Virus record (IMG/VR): IMGVR_UViG_3300048912_000255
Coordinates: 1-59,389 of that record
Length of the DNA: 59,389 nucleotides
DNA from: a virus
Strand: one strand, 5' to 3'
Under the pieces are notes generated by a model, which did no database searches, was not told where the DNA came from, and saw nothing but the letters and a program-made list of their open reading frames with translations. Both the position numbers and the translations under genes were made by a program. How positions within the stretch are numbered: the stretch's first letter is position 1; every line of letters begins with the position of its first letter. Shown piece by piece: positions 1 through 9,210 of the stretch.

Positions 1-127
1 CTTCGCGTCCACGTACAACATCCAGACTGCTGGCGTGTTCGCGACGAAACTGCTCCACGTCCGTGGTACCTCCAGTGATCACCTGGAAGAGGAACATCTT
101 GTCCTCGTCGTCGACCTCGTCGGCGTA
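1..127. repeat. Terminal overlap, identical to 59263-59389 (circular closure of the contig)
   Basis: Base-by-base comparison of the first and last 127 nt; reading frames are continuous across the junction (offset 59262 is divisible by 3). Confidence 0.95.
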
Positions 128-478
128 GACCAGGTCCTCGCTTCGTTCCACACCAGCCGGAGGGGTCGGGTGGATCTTGGGCTCGATGGCGATGAAGCAG
201 ACGACCTTGTCGAAGAAGGCCATCAGTTCGAGGAGGCTCTTCTCGTCGGTTGCCAGGGCCTGGAGGTCCTCCTGGCTGGGCTCGGCGAATCCCGCGCCCT
301 TGTCCACCGCCTTCTTGGCGATGCCCAGCAGGCTGTTCGGCATCATGCCGGTTGCCATGATGGTCTGAAGTCCGACCCGTCGGATGCGCAGGGTGAGTCC
401 GCTCGGCAGGTCGATGAGTTCGCCGGCGGCCTTCTTCTTCCAGGCAGCTACCGAGCTGGCCTTCGTCTTAGCGGTCAT
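1..478 (-). CDS. Tail assembly chaperone (gpG-like), 5' part; the ORF crosses the circular junction and stops at 59240 (166 aa in total)
   Basis: ATG at 478 with AAGGAG 6 nt upstream. Own translation MTAKTKASSVAAWKKKAAGELIDLPSGL...VYADEVDDEDKMFLFQVITGGTTDVEQFRREH. Lies between the major tail and tape measure genes. Absent from the ORF track because it runs off the window edge. Confidence 0.8.
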   Translation of the reverse strand, partial: MTAKTKASSVAAWKKKAAGELIDLPSGLTLRIRRVGLQTIMATGMMPNSLLGIAKKAVDKGAGFAEPSQEDLQALATDEKSLLELMAFFDKVVCFIAIEPKIHPTPPAGVERSEDLVYADEVDDEDKMFLFQVITGGTTDVEQFRREHASSLDVVRGRE

Positions 479-522
479 GGCCGTCTCCTTGTGTTGAGAA
501 GTTGTTGTTACCAAAGCAGTTA

Positions 523-660
523 GCCATCAGTGAAATGCCCGACCAGATGATTTTTATTTGTATGTTTTATTCAGGGGCAATGAAGTGAGCTTCATGCCCT
601 GAAAAAACAACAAAAAAAATTTCTGGTGGCATCACTTAGGCAATGACCAAAAACCAAAAA
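523..660. other. AT-rich island with an imperfect 13-bp hairpin (571-602) flanked by an oligo-T-rich tract upstream and an oligo-A-rich tract downstream
   Basis: tttttatttgtatgttttat-TCAGGGgcaATGAAGtgagCTTCATgCCCTGA-aaaaacaacaaaaaaaattt; composition contrasts sharply with the GC-rich flanks. Confidence 0.6.
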
Positions 661-693
661 CCCGGAGCCCGAATCGAGTTCAAGTTCCGGGTT
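647..693 (-). terminator. Rho-independent terminator after the major tail protein gene
   Basis: Minus strand reads AACCCGGA-(19 nt loop)-TCCGGGTT followed by TTTGGTTTTTGG; it begins 18 nt after the stop at 711. Confidence 0.7.
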
Positions 694-710
694 CAGGCGT
701 CGACGTCAGA

Positions 711-1244
711 TCACGTGATCGGGGTCACGGTCTCGTTCTGGACGAAGTCGTAGAGCTTGTCGTTGTCGGTGCGGCCGTAGCCCTTGCCCGACGCCTTGGT
801 CAGGAAGAAGCCGCCGTTCTCGAACTTGCCGTCGAGGTCGCCATCGGCCTTGCACCGGTAGACGACGCAGTGCATGTCGCCGCCGCTGTCGGAGATGGCC
901 TGGCCCTCCACCTCGAAGTAGGGGCGGCTCTGGGTACGCAGCTTGGAGTAGGTCTTCTTCTGCGACGGGGTGGTACCCGACGCGGTGACGGTACCGCCGG
1001 CGATGATGACGTAGGCCTCCAGCGAGATGCCGCCCGCCTCGAGTTCCCACTCGACCTTCGGGTTGTAGTCGTGCGAGCCCTGGACGACGTCGTCGCCGAC
1101 GAGCTCCTCGCTCGACACCGTCTCCTTGAAGGCGAACGTACGGCTCACCGGCAGGTCGACGCCGGTACCTCGGGCCCCCGTCGAGTCGAGCGGGTAGAGC
1201 TTGACGTCACGCAGCCCGAAGGGCAGAGTGTTACCGAGAGGCAT
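711..1244 (-). CDS. Major tail protein
   Basis: 177-aa ORF just upstream of the chaperone pair and tape measure; SD ACAGGAGACAGTA before the ATG; followed by a strong terminator. Confidence 0.75.
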   Translation of the reverse strand: MPLGNTLPFGLRDVKLYPLDSTGARGTGVDLPVSRTFAFKETVSSEELVGDDVVQGSHDYNPKVEWELEAGGISLEAYVIIAGGTVTASGTTPSQKKTYSKLRTQSRPYFEVEGQAISDSGGDMHCVVYRCKADGDLDGKFENGGFFLTKASGKGYGRTDNDKLYDFVQNETVTPIT

Positions 1245-1396
1245 TACTGTCTCCTGTTCGTGTGGGATCGGCGAACCGCGAGGTACCGATCAGATCTCCA
1301 GTTGTCAGGTCGAAGGTGTGGAGGACCACTACCCCTCGCCCGGCCCCACAACTGCGGCGGTTGCACTTGACCTCGAGCTGAACTCCGTCCAGCTTT

Positions 1397-1433
1397 CCAT
1401 GCATGGTTCCGCCGCATCGAAGCTCATGCATTG
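1397..1433. promoter_or_regulatory. Two ATGCAT-core sites (palindrome CCATGCATGG 1397-1406; CAATGCATGA on minus 1433-1424) in the 307-bp gap upstream of the major tail gene
   Basis: Same core as the iterons at 18265-18399; coordinates checked against the codons of ORF 1231..1431. Confidence 0.4.
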
Positions 1434-1551
1434 AGGCTCCCAGTCGGTCCCTAAGCGAATGGCAAAAGCTCGATGCCTAATTCATCCTGCCAGCAGGTAC
1501 CGCCCGATCAGCGGCTGCTCAGGGATTCGTTAGGAAGTGATTGTGCGCGCC

Positions 1552-1806
1552 CTATTCGGTGGGCGTGCTGGCTGGCGCGATGACGAGGTTCGAGGACCAC
1601 TTCGGCGCCTGCTCCTTGGCGTCGGCCTCGACCTTCTCGAACTCGTCGCCGAGGACCTCCAGCAGGGTCTCCGCCACGTGGTGGACGACCTCGATCGCCT
1701 CGTCCCTGGCCCAGGTCAGGGCCTCGTGGCCGGCGTGACCCAGCTTCTCGAAGTCCTCCTGGAGCAGCTCGCGGAAGTGGGAGAGACCCGTGTACTTGAT
1801 GAGCAT
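1552..1806 (-). CDS. Hypothetical protein (84 aa), tail/neck module
   Basis: ORF track; start abuts the stop of the upstream gene (1809); acidic helical sequence. Confidence 0.5.
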   Translation of the reverse strand: MLIKYTGLSHFRELLQEDFEKLGHAGHEALTWARDEAIEVVHHVAETLLEVLGDEFEKVEADAKEQAPKWSSNLVIAPASTPTE

Positions 1807-1808
1807 GG

Positions 1809-2204
1809 CTACCTCGCCTGGATGAGTTGAAAACGCATGTATCTGAAGAAGCTCTGCAACAGATCGTCCTGCAGATCCTGGCTGGTCTCCAGGTACTGGA
1901 CGTGGATCAGGTCGTTAGGCTTTCCCACACCAGACGCAAGGGCAGCCTTGACCTGAGGCATGATGTCGTCGATCGGCCCGTAGTCACCCTGGGCGACGTG
2001 GATGAAGACCTGCATGAACTGCCGATTGGGCTTGAAGTTGTCCTCGTCCGACATGCCCTCATCCGTGTCATTACCCATATGATAGACCAGGTAAGGCTTC
2101 ACGGTTTGGGCGGTCAGGGCCGAGCCCTGCTGAAGAACTCGACCTCCCACCGCAGCGACGGTCTTGAGTCGATCGAAGACGAAGGCCCGGGTATCGCTAC
2201 CCAT
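1809..2204 (-). CDS. Neck/tail terminator-like protein
   Basis: 131-aa ORF overlapping the 2197 gene by 8 nt; last neck-size gene before the major tail gene. Call is by position only. Confidence 0.45.
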   Translation of the reverse strand: MGSDTRAFVFDRLKTVAAVGGRVLQQGSALTAQTVKPYLVYHMGNDTDEGMSDEDNFKPNRQFMQVFIHVAQGDYGPIDDIMPQVKAALASGVGKPNDLIHVQYLETSQDLQDDLLQSFFRYMRFQLIQAR

Positions 2205-2553
2205 AATCCACCTCCGTCTTCTCCCTCAGGCCTCGACCGACTCGATTGGCGAAGAGCTCCAGAGTCGGCATGATGATGGCGAACTTGCCGTTGAGGATGG
2301 TCTCCAACCAGATGCCGTAGTCCACCTCGTGGTACATGTACCAGGCGATCTCTTCGCCCTCCCACTGTACCGAGGTATCGAGGCCGGCTCGAGCGTCGCC
2401 AGTGCGGTCAGCCCAGGGGGCGTTGTGCTTGGCGTACTCGAGAGCCTCGGCCGCGACGTCGACTACCTCTTCTTCGAGGTGGTGTCTGAAGGAGACAGCC
2501 GCGAGAGCGAGACCACTCGACAGCGTATCTCTGATGGTGATACCGTCAGCCAC
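2197..2553 (-). CDS. HK97 gp10-like head-tail connector protein
   Basis: EALEYAKHNAPWADRTGDARAGL...YHEVDYGIWLE resembles the remembered HK97 gp10 family pattern (A..aP..TG.L ... YA..vE). Confidence 0.55.
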   Translation of the reverse strand: MADGITIRDTLSSGLALAAVSFRHHLEEEVVDVAAEALEYAKHNAPWADRTGDARAGLDTSVQWEGEEIAWYMYHEVDYGIWLETILNGKFAIIMPTLELFANRVGRGLREKTEVDYG

Positions 2554-2953
2554 TCCAAGTCACCCCCTCGGCATCCAGGACGATCAGCTGGGCCACGACT
2601 CGATCGGTGTGGACCCGGTCATTGGTATGGGGCTCGATTCCCTGCACTCGGTAGAAGGCACCGTTGAGGAAGAACTCGTCCATCCGCTGAATATCAGTAT
2701 TATAGACCCCTACAAGAACGTACGGCAGGGTGGGAACTTCACCGTCGGCCGTCGGGGTCGTGAGGTCAGTGAGCCGGCGCTTGTAGGGAACGAGCCGGAA
2801 GCGCTGGGCGGGCAGTGTCAGGTAGTTACCCTTCACGTACCCGCCCGTCGCCGTCTCGGAGAAGGTAGGCCGGTGCAGCTCGATGCTGTAGGCGTCGGCC
2901 TCGATGAACGCCGCCATGACCTTGCGAAGCTGCTTGACCATGGTCTGGTCCAT
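2546..2953 (-). CDS. Head closure / head-tail joining protein
   Basis: 135-aa ORF coupled to its neighbours (8-nt overlap downstream); position in the neck module. Confidence 0.45.
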   Translation of the reverse strand: MDQTMVKQLRKVMAAFIEADAYSIELHRPTFSETATGGYVKGNYLTLPAQRFRLVPYKRRLTDLTTPTADGEVPTLPYVLVGVYNTDIQRMDEFFLNGAFYRVQGIEPHTNDRVHTDRVVAQLIVLDAEGVTWSG

Positions 2954-2954
2954 C

Positions 2955-3287
2955 TTAGTAGTACCTCCTCCGGATCCTGCCGATGGTGGTTCGACCCTCG
3001 GTGGGGCCGGACCGGGACTTCTCGTAGTGGTTGACCATGTCGAGCGCGTGACCCTGGAGGTCGCTCATGGCCCGAGAGGCATTGCCCTCGGTAACGTCAA
3101 CCAGGTCGGCCGCCCGAGCAGCCTTCCAACGCCAGACGATCGCGGCGGCCCGTTCCACGTTACCGTATGCCTGATCCAGGGCATCCTGGAGCTGAGCATC
3201 GGAGAACTGAGGATCGGTACCGTCGGTCGGTACTGGGTCGTCGACCTCAAGACGAAGTCGATCGATCGGGGTGATGGGCGTGGTCAT
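2955..3287 (-). CDS. Head-tail adaptor (gp6-like) protein
   Basis: 110-aa ORF; its start overlaps the stop of the 3287 gene; first neck-size gene after the capsid genes. Confidence 0.45.
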   Translation of the reverse strand: MTTPITPIDRLRLEVDDPVPTDGTDPQFSDAQLQDALDQAYGNVERAAAIVWRWKAARAADLVDVTEGNASRAMSDLQGHALDMVNHYEKSRSGPTEGRTTIGRIRRRYY

Positions 3288-3604
3288 CAGCCCTCCTGAG
3301 CGTCGCTCTCCTCCAGGCGGGCGATCAGCTCGGCCTTGTTGCCGTCGACCGAGAGCTTACGGGCGGCGAGCTCGGTCCGGAGCTGGTCGTTGGTGAGGGT
3401 GGTGTAGTCCACCTCCTCGACCTCCTCCTCGTCCTCCGGCTCCTCGGCGGCGGCGACCAGGGCCTCGTCGGAGTACCGCGCCTTCCAGGCCTTGCGGATC
3501 CGCGCGTCCTGCCAGTACGGGCTGTTGCTCTGGTACTCGCCGGTCGCACCGTTCCGGAAGACCACGAGCTCCGACAGGATCTCGTCCAGCGGGTTCTTGC
3601 TCAT
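3287..3604 (-). CDS. SAP/HeH-motif protein
   Basis: C-terminal LTNDQLRTELAARKLSVDGNKAELIARL matches the SAP / Rho-N helix-extension-helix pattern; preceded by an acidic run. Confidence 0.6.
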   Translation of the reverse strand: MSKNPLDEILSELVVFRNGATGEYQSNSPYWQDARIRKAWKARYSDEALVAAAEEPEDEEEVEEVDYTTLTNDQLRTELAARKLSVDGNKAELIARLEESDAQEG

Positions 3605-3623
3605 GTTGTTAGACCTCCAGTCG

Positions 3624-3656
3624 GCCGGCGGGCGGGCTCATTCCACACCCGCCGGC
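3624..3656 (-). terminator. Stem-loop just after the major capsid gene (possible attenuator)
   Basis: GCCGGCGGG (3624-3632) pairs with CCCGCCGGC (3648-3656), a 9-bp GC stem; there is no clear U tail. Confidence 0.4.
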
Positions 3657-3664
3657 GAAGTTCA

Positions 3665-4846
3665 TCACGCGTAGATGGCCGGAGTGGTGTAGGTCGCCGA
3701 GGCGGTCACCTGCACCAGGAAGCCGCCGCCTCGCTGACGGATGCCCGTGCCGAAGCCGCGCTGGTAGAAGGAGTCCACCAGCGGGTAGTCCGAGCGCGAA
3801 CCCGGGATCAGCCGGAGGCCCTGCATGTTCCCGTTGATGTGCTGGCGGAAGCCGATCGGGTTGTTCAGCGCGAAGGAACCGCCCGAGGCGAGGAAGGACA
3901 GGTAGCCCGCCGGGATGTACTCCTCCTCGACGATCTTCCAGGGCCCGTAGGTGCCGATCTGGCCCGGGACCTCACCCTGCGGCTGGTTGATCAGGCCGCC
4001 GTTCTGGGGCAGGTAGATGCCGCCGCCGTAGTTCGAGCCCGGGATGAAGTCGTACTTCGAGCCGGTCGACACCTTGAAGGTACGCGCGATGGCGCCCTCC
4101 TGCGGGTTGACCATGACGATGAGCTCGGTGCCGGACTGGTGCGGCCGGTAGCCGTGCTTGCCGAAGTCGGTCTCGACCGCGTCGAAGCTGGCGCTGGTGA
4201 GCGTCGCCGAGGAGGCCAGGGTGGTGGTGGTCGAGTAGTGAGTGTGCGAGCCGGCGAAGGTGTTGTTCTTGTAGACCGGCGGCACCTCGCCGTCACCGTT
4301 GTAGAACTTCACGACCTGGGTCGGGATGTTGTTGTCGGCGATGCCGGTGAGGTTGAGCGGGTTGAACAGCGTCTTCATGACCTTGTTGAAGACGAGGCGG
4401 TTGTCGGCCTCCAGCGCCTGGTTGGCCAGGTTGCGGATCTGGTCGCCGTTGGCGTTGGCCAGGTACATGTAGGTGAAGCGCTGGGCGAGGTCGTAGAACT
4501 TGAAGTCGTAGCCACGACCGTACCACTGGTACCCGCCGCCACCGCGCGGCTGGCCGAACTCCGAGGCCTCCTCGAAGTCCATCTGGCCCGGGACGCCGAC
4601 CTGGTCCTGGGTGTTGGTGACCGGGTAGATCAGACGCGAGATGATGGAGTCGCGCTGGGCGTTCCAGATCGTCAGCGTCCGCTGGATCTCGTCGAAGATC
4701 TGGAAGAGATCGGTGCCATCGGCCGCCTGGACCAGGATGTCGGCACGCTGGTTGTAGCCCGGCGATCCGGTGGCACCCGGGCCGTACGGGCCATCGAAGC
4801 CGATGATGGGGCCGGCGGTCAGTGCCGCGAGCAGGTTCTTCTTCAT
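3665..4846 (-). CDS. Major capsid protein
   Basis: 393-aa ORF after the scaffold and decoration-like genes; size and position are typical; followed by a GC hairpin. Confidence 0.8.
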   Translation of the reverse strand: MKKNLLAALTAGPIIGFDGPYGPGATGSPGYNQRADILVQAADGTDLFQIFDEIQRTLTIWNAQRDSIISRLIYPVTNTQDQVGVPGQMDFEEASEFGQPRGGGGYQWYGRGYDFKFYDLAQRFTYMYLANANGDQIRNLANQALEADNRLVFNKVMKTLFNPLNLTGIADNNIPTQVVKFYNGDGEVPPVYKNNTFAGSHTHYSTTTTLASSATLTSASFDAVETDFGKHGYRPHQSGTELIVMVNPQEGAIARTFKVSTGSKYDFIPGSNYGGGIYLPQNGGLINQPQGEVPGQIGTYGPWKIVEEEYIPAGYLSFLASGGSFALNNPIGFRQHINGNMQGLRLIPGSRSDYPLVDSFYQRGFGTGIRQRGGGFLVQVTASATYTTPAIYA

Positions 4847-4878
4847 GGTGTGGGGGTCCTCTTCCCTCAGTAGTTCGA

Positions 4879-5328
4879 TCAGCCCTGGACGGCCTGGAAG
4901 CGGACCACCAGGCGGTCGGCCTCGACCGTGTGACCGACTCGGTAGCCGTTGACACCGGCGCCCGGAGCGGTCGCGGTCAGCGTGCCGTTGGACGCCGCGT
5001 AGTAGGTGGTACCGGCGACGAGGCCGGTCACCCCCACGATCTCGCCGTGGGTCATGACGTCGACGATGTCGCCCGTCTTGCCGCCGACCGGGACCGCCGC
5101 GTTGATCTGACCCGGGATGGAGCCCATGTTCGGGTACATCGGGACCGACTTGCAGAGGACTCCCACACCGCCCGACTGACCGGCCGTGCCGACGACCACC
5201 TTGCCGGTGGAGTTCAGCGAGACCGCGAGGGGGCCCATGTTGCCGGCGGCGTCGAAAGTGAGGTCCGCGCCGAGGGCCGCCCGGAAGCCACCCGAGATCG
5301 GCTCGTACTTGTCGTAACGACCAGTCAT
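4879..5328 (-). CDS. Capsid decoration/cement-like protein (DUF2190-like)
   Basis: 149 aa, Gly/Val-rich beta-type sequence (GVLCKSVP...GDIVDVMTHGEIVGV) between the scaffold and capsid genes. Confidence 0.5.
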   Translation of the reverse strand: MTGRYDKYEPISGGFRAALGADLTFDAAGNMGPLAVSLNSTGKVVVGTAGQSGGVGVLCKSVPMYPNMGSIPGQINAAVPVGGKTGDIVDVMTHGEIVGVTGLVAGTTYYAASNGTLTATAPGAGVNGYRVGHTVEADRLVVRFQAVQG

Positions 5329-5347
5329 GGTCTTGCCTTCCTAACTC

Positions 5348-6064
5348 TTACAGGCCCCGAAGGGCGGGGTACTTGCTCTGAAGTGCAGCCTGCTCGCTGC
5401 CCTGGTTGTTACCACCCGTGCTGCCGCCGAACGTTGATCCGCTCTTGCCGGCCCCCCTGGGAGCCTGCGCGAGGTAGTGAGGCTTGTCGGTGCCGAGCTT
5501 CTTGACTCGCTTGCCGAGCTCGGTCAGGTCGATAGTGACCCGGGTGGGGTCGTCCTCGTCCTGCTCGACCGGCAGGTTGCTGAGCACCTCGGCACGCAGG
5601 GCGTCGGAGGGGTCGAGGAACTTGGCCTCAGTGGCGGCCTTGATCACCGCGTCACGAATCGCCGAGTCTCGGTAGCCGTTGGCCAGCTTGGTGTACCGCT
5701 CGGTCAGCGTGGTCTGGTAGTCGGTCAGACGCTGGACCTCGGTCTTGTCGGCGTCCTCCTTGGCCTGCTTGGCGGTCCGGAACTCCTTGAGCTCCTTCTC
5801 GAGAAGCTTGCGGTCGTTCCGCTCCTTCTCGAGGGCCGACTTGAGCCCGGTGACGTCCTCACCCTGCTGGGACTGGCCCGCCGGCGGGGTACCCTCACCC
5901 TGGGCGCCCGCCTGACCCTGACCGCTTCCCTGCTCTCCCTCGCCAGTGCCCTGGCCGCCCGAAGCGGCCCCGCCCTGCTCGTCGAAGCCGATGATCGCCT
6001 TGTCGAGCAGCTTCCACCACTGGATCGTGTTCTTACGCATGGCGCGTGGTCCTTTCGAGGGCAT
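5348..6064 (-). CDS. Capsid scaffolding protein
   Basis: Gly/Gln/Glu low-complexity N-terminus, then a coiled coil (LKSALEKERNDRKLLEKELKEFRTAKQAKEDADKTEVQRL); lies between portal and capsid. Alternative start at 6040. Confidence 0.7.
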   Translation of the reverse strand: MPSKGPRAMRKNTIQWWKLLDKAIIGFDEQGGAASGGQGTGEGEQGSGQGQAGAQGEGTPPAGQSQQGEDVTGLKSALEKERNDRKLLEKELKEFRTAKQAKEDADKTEVQRLTDYQTTLTERYTKLANGYRDSAIRDAVIKAATEAKFLDPSDALRAEVLSNLPVEQDEDDPTRVTIDLTELGKRVKKLGTDKPHYLAQAPRGAGKSGSTFGGSTGGNNQGSEQAALQSKYPALRGL

Positions 6065-6070
6065 CTCGCC

Positions 6071-7804
6071 CTACTTGCTTGCCTTCTGAGCCGTCGGCTT
6101 CCCGCCTCGGGCCTGCTTAGCGACATCCTGGTTAGCCTCGGTCCCCGAGGACTCATTCGGTCGCTTACGGTTGTTGCTCTGGTTCGGCACAACCTTCTTC
6201 TCGGTCACCTGACCCGGCTGATTGGGGTTCGGTGGCGGAGCCTTGGAGCCATCAGCCGCACCCTGGGCATTGTCCTGCAACCCGGGGGGAGCCATGGCAG
6301 CAGCCTGCTCAGCTTCCTTCTTCTTCTCGGCATCGATCTGAGCTACCAGGTCGGGCGGGAAAGAGTAGCCGAGGTTCTGCATTTCGTCTCGGTAGTACTG
6401 CTTCGAGATGATACCGCGGTCGAGCATGTTGTTCAGCTCGTTGATCCGTGCGGTACGGTCAGTCGGCAGCTTGTCGCCGATGGTGACCACGATCTCGTCG
6501 GTGAAGGTCTCGCCCTCGTAGGCCTGCCACCACTTCTTCCAGTCGAAGAAGAGCTGACCGAGTCGGTCCACACCAGCCTTGTCACGCTCATCGAGCTTGG
6601 CGAGCGTAGGCATGAACTTGATGGCCAGGGCGATCGCCGAAGAGGCGGTCTGCACGTCGACTCGACCGAGAGCTACATCCGAGAGGCCTCCCGCCTCGCG
6701 AAGCTTGCTCTCGAGATAATCCACGTGCTCGATGTTGGGCGCCACCGAAGTGATGCCCTCCACCTTGCGGAAGTAGGCTCCCGCGGGAACCTCGGCGACA
6801 TAGCCGGGGTAGACCTCCCAGTCGACATCTTGACCGGTGGTCGGGTCGGTCGGCTTGCCGCCATCGGTAGCGTAGAGACCGAGCCCGAGCAGGCTGAGGG
6901 CCGTACCCTGGTCGGTCATGCCCTGGCTGGTGTTCTGGAAGATGGGCTCGAAGCCCCTCAACTCAGAGTAGCCGTAGGGCTTGGAGTCCCAAGACTGGTT
7001 GTTGAACCAGTAGACCGGGATCGTGTCGATCGGATCCGGCAGGGGCTCCTCTTCGAGCAGGACGGCGAGTTCCTCCCGCTCCCCGGGATTCCACCAGGGC
7101 TTGTCCGTGGCCCAGAGAGTCTCCTTGCGGTAGACCGTCCGCTGACCCTTGTCGCCCTCGAACCCGCGAGCTATGTCGTCGAGCTTGAGACCGGAGTCGG
7201 GCAGATCCTCGTTCTCGCCCTTGTACCAGTAGACGAGTTCCTTGACCGCCTTCTCACCCTTCTTCGCCTTCTCGACGTCGGGGTGTGGAGCGAGCTCGAC
7301 GAGGTGAACCCGAATCACCCGAGTGATGTCATCCGGATCGGTGTCCAGGATCACCTTGCTCGGGTGGATGGGAGTGAGCGAAATCCGCCGCCCCTCGGGC
7401 TTGCTCATGTCGGCCGTCATGTGGAACGCGTAGTCACCCCGAGCAACGCCCTGGTGCTTAGTCTGGTGAAAACGGGAGTAGAACATCTCCCGCTTCAGGA
7501 ACTCCGTCAGCGCCTTCGACAGTGGAGAACCCTCGCCGGCCTTCTTGGGCCCAACCGACAAGCCCTTGAGGTAGTAGTGCGAGGTAGTGTCCACGATCGT
7601 ACGCGGGTTAGGCACGTAGACCGGCTTCTCATCCGCCATGACTCGGAGGAAGTACTGGGCCTGGTCGTTCCAGTACAGCTGGTCATACTTGACGTAGGCT
7701 CGAGCACGATCCCGGTCATCCGGCGGCAGCCAGCTGAATTGCTCGTCGATACCCTGCAGCATCAGCGCGTTGTAGTACGGGCTGTTCTTATCCAGAGTGG
7801 TCAT
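6071..7804 (-). CDS. Portal protein
   Basis: 577-aa ORF whose start overlaps the terL stop at 7804; size and position; basic/Pro-rich C-terminal tail. Confidence 0.8.
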   Translation of the reverse strand: MTTLDKNSPYYNALMLQGIDEQFSWLPPDDRDRARAYVKYDQLYWNDQAQYFLRVMADEKPVYVPNPRTIVDTTSHYYLKGLSVGPKKAGEGSPLSKALTEFLKREMFYSRFHQTKHQGVARGDYAFHMTADMSKPEGRRISLTPIHPSKVILDTDPDDITRVIRVHLVELAPHPDVEKAKKGEKAVKELVYWYKGENEDLPDSGLKLDDIARGFEGDKGQRTVYRKETLWATDKPWWNPGEREELAVLLEEEPLPDPIDTIPVYWFNNQSWDSKPYGYSELRGFEPIFQNTSQGMTDQGTALSLLGLGLYATDGGKPTDPTTGQDVDWEVYPGYVAEVPAGAYFRKVEGITSVAPNIEHVDYLESKLREAGGLSDVALGRVDVQTASSAIALAIKFMPTLAKLDERDKAGVDRLGQLFFDWKKWWQAYEGETFTDEIVVTIGDKLPTDRTARINELNNMLDRGIISKQYYRDEMQNLGYSFPPDLVAQIDAEKKKEAEQAAAMAPPGLQDNAQGAADGSKAPPPNPNQPGQVTEKKVVPNQSNNRKRPNESSGTEANQDVAKQARGGKPTAQKASK

Positions 7805-9210
7805 TACCGCCTCCTCCCGTTCATTCGTACTCGGCCCTGTCGTGCCCGGCGGGCGTCAGTGCGCTTTTCCATGTGACCCTTGAAGAAACGACCCAGAGCC
7901 TCGGGGCCGTGGTTGTCCTTGTCCATCGGCAGCTCAGAGTCGTTCTTGGAGTCGCTCTTTTTCTCCGGCCAGCGGTAGCCCTCCCTCATCTCCCAGATGA
8001 GCTTGGTGCAACTTCGGTCGATGAAGAGGTCAGGCTGCTTCTCCGGGTGGCCATCAGGCAGATGGGCAGGTCGGAGCTTCAGCGAACTACGGATGAGGCT
8101 CAGTCGAGTCTTGAGCTCACCGCCGGTGTTACCGAAGGTGGGCACATCCAGTGTACGCCGAAGAATGTTCGCGTCGTCGGGAGCTGCCGGGTCGTAGTAG
8201 ATACCCACCAGCTTCGACTTCAGCGGGTGTTCCTTGAACTCGGTCCGAGCGATGTCCTCAGTGTCACGGAGGTTGAACCTCTCCTCACCGATGACGTAGA
8301 CCTTGTTCGTCAGGGGGTCATGCTGAATCCAGAGCCAGACCCAGTCGTTGGTGTAGCCGAAGTCGATCGCTGCGTACAGCGGCAACTTCCGATTGTACTC
8401 CAGGTCGGCGATGTGGTCATCGTCGTCCCATTCTTTCATGACTCGACCGATGTTGTCGACGAACTGAGCCCCATACTGGCGGTCGAACTCGTCTTGGGTC
8501 AAGTCGTCGCGGGCTTCCATGATCTCGGGGTCCTTACGGCCGCCGGGGAAGACCACGTCGTTCGTCCATGAGGGCATCTGGATCGACCACCATGACTTCT
8601 TGGTCGGATCCTGCCCTCGGTTGAACAGGCTGTACAGCAGCGAGGTCTCGGCAGCACCCTCAGGCACGCCGGATGTGAAACTCCAGCCTCGCTTGTCGGA
8701 AAGAGCCGGGCGAACGTAGTCACCCCACATCTTCCGCTTGTGTCGTCCACCTTCCACGATGAGGACGAAGTCAAGTCCTTCACCGACCAGGCTTTCGGGG
8801 TGTCGGGCCGAGCGGCACTGAAGATCGAAACCCCATTTGGTCTGGATGTGCATGTTGCCGGAGTCGACGTTGTTAGAGAAACGCGTCGAAACCTGATCCA
8901 CACCCAACTTGCGGAGCGAGTCGTAGATGACCCGGAACTCCTTCTCGCAGTCCGTGTACTCAGGACCGATGATCCAGCCAATCTGAGGCTGGCCGAGGAA
9001 GTTCTTGACGAAGGCCATGCACTCGGCCTCCTTGGCGCCGCACAGGGTCTTGCCCCAGCGTCGCCCGTTTACCAGCACGCGATGGCGGGCACCCTGATAG
9101 TGCACCACCCTCTGCCCGCCGTGTGGGAGGTAGCCGGTCTCATGGAAGTAGAGATCCTTCCGAAAGACCTTGCCATCCGGGATGTGCAACCCCGATGCCG
9201 TCCGCGCCAT
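7804..9210 (-). CDS. terL: Terminase large subunit
   Basis: Walker A-like VNGRRWGKT, Walker B-like LDFVLIVEGG, nuclease-type motifs AAIDFGY, IYYDPAA, DKDNHGPEAL. Confidence 0.9.
   Translation of the reverse strand: MARTASGLHIPDGKVFRKDLYFHETGYLPHGGQRVVHYQGARHRVLVNGRRWGKTLCGAKEAECMAFVKNFLGQPQIGWIIGPEYTDCEKEFRVIYDSLRKLGVDQVSTRFSNNVDSGNMHIQTKWGFDLQCRSARHPESLVGEGLDFVLIVEGGRHKRKMWGDYVRPALSDKRGWSFTSGVPEGAAETSLLYSLFNRGQDPTKKSWWSIQMPSWTNDVVFPGGRKDPEIMEARDDLTQDEFDRQYGAQFVDNIGRVMKEWDDDDHIADLEYNRKLPLYAAIDFGYTNDWVWLWIQHDPLTNKVYVIGEERFNLRDTEDIARTEFKEHPLKSKLVGIYYDPAAPDDANILRRTLDVPTFGNTGGELKTRLSLIRSSLKLRPAHLPDGHPEKQPDLFIDRSCTKLIWEMREGYRWPEKKSDSKNDSELPMDKDNHGPEALGRFFKGHMEKRTDARRARQGRVRMNGRRR

Noticed and set aside
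1-127. Biological direct terminal repeat
   Set aside because: The length equals a common maximum assembler k-mer, and a gene reads through the junction. An assembly closure artefact is more likely, but this needs read-level data.
35-523. 162-aa plus-strand ORF at the window start
   Set aside because: It is antisense to the gpG-like chaperone ORF, which has a strong SD, a plausible sequence and the expected position.
5477-7876. 799-aa plus-strand ORF, and similar giants at 35314..37482, 46807..49182, 24618..26258, 56356..57810, 40137..41507, 3839..4873 and 12100..13062
   Set aside because: All lie antisense to minus-strand genes with clear family motifs. Their products are Arg/Leu/Gly/Val-rich low-information sequence, typical of shadow ORFs in GC-rich DNA, and none has a ribosome-binding site.
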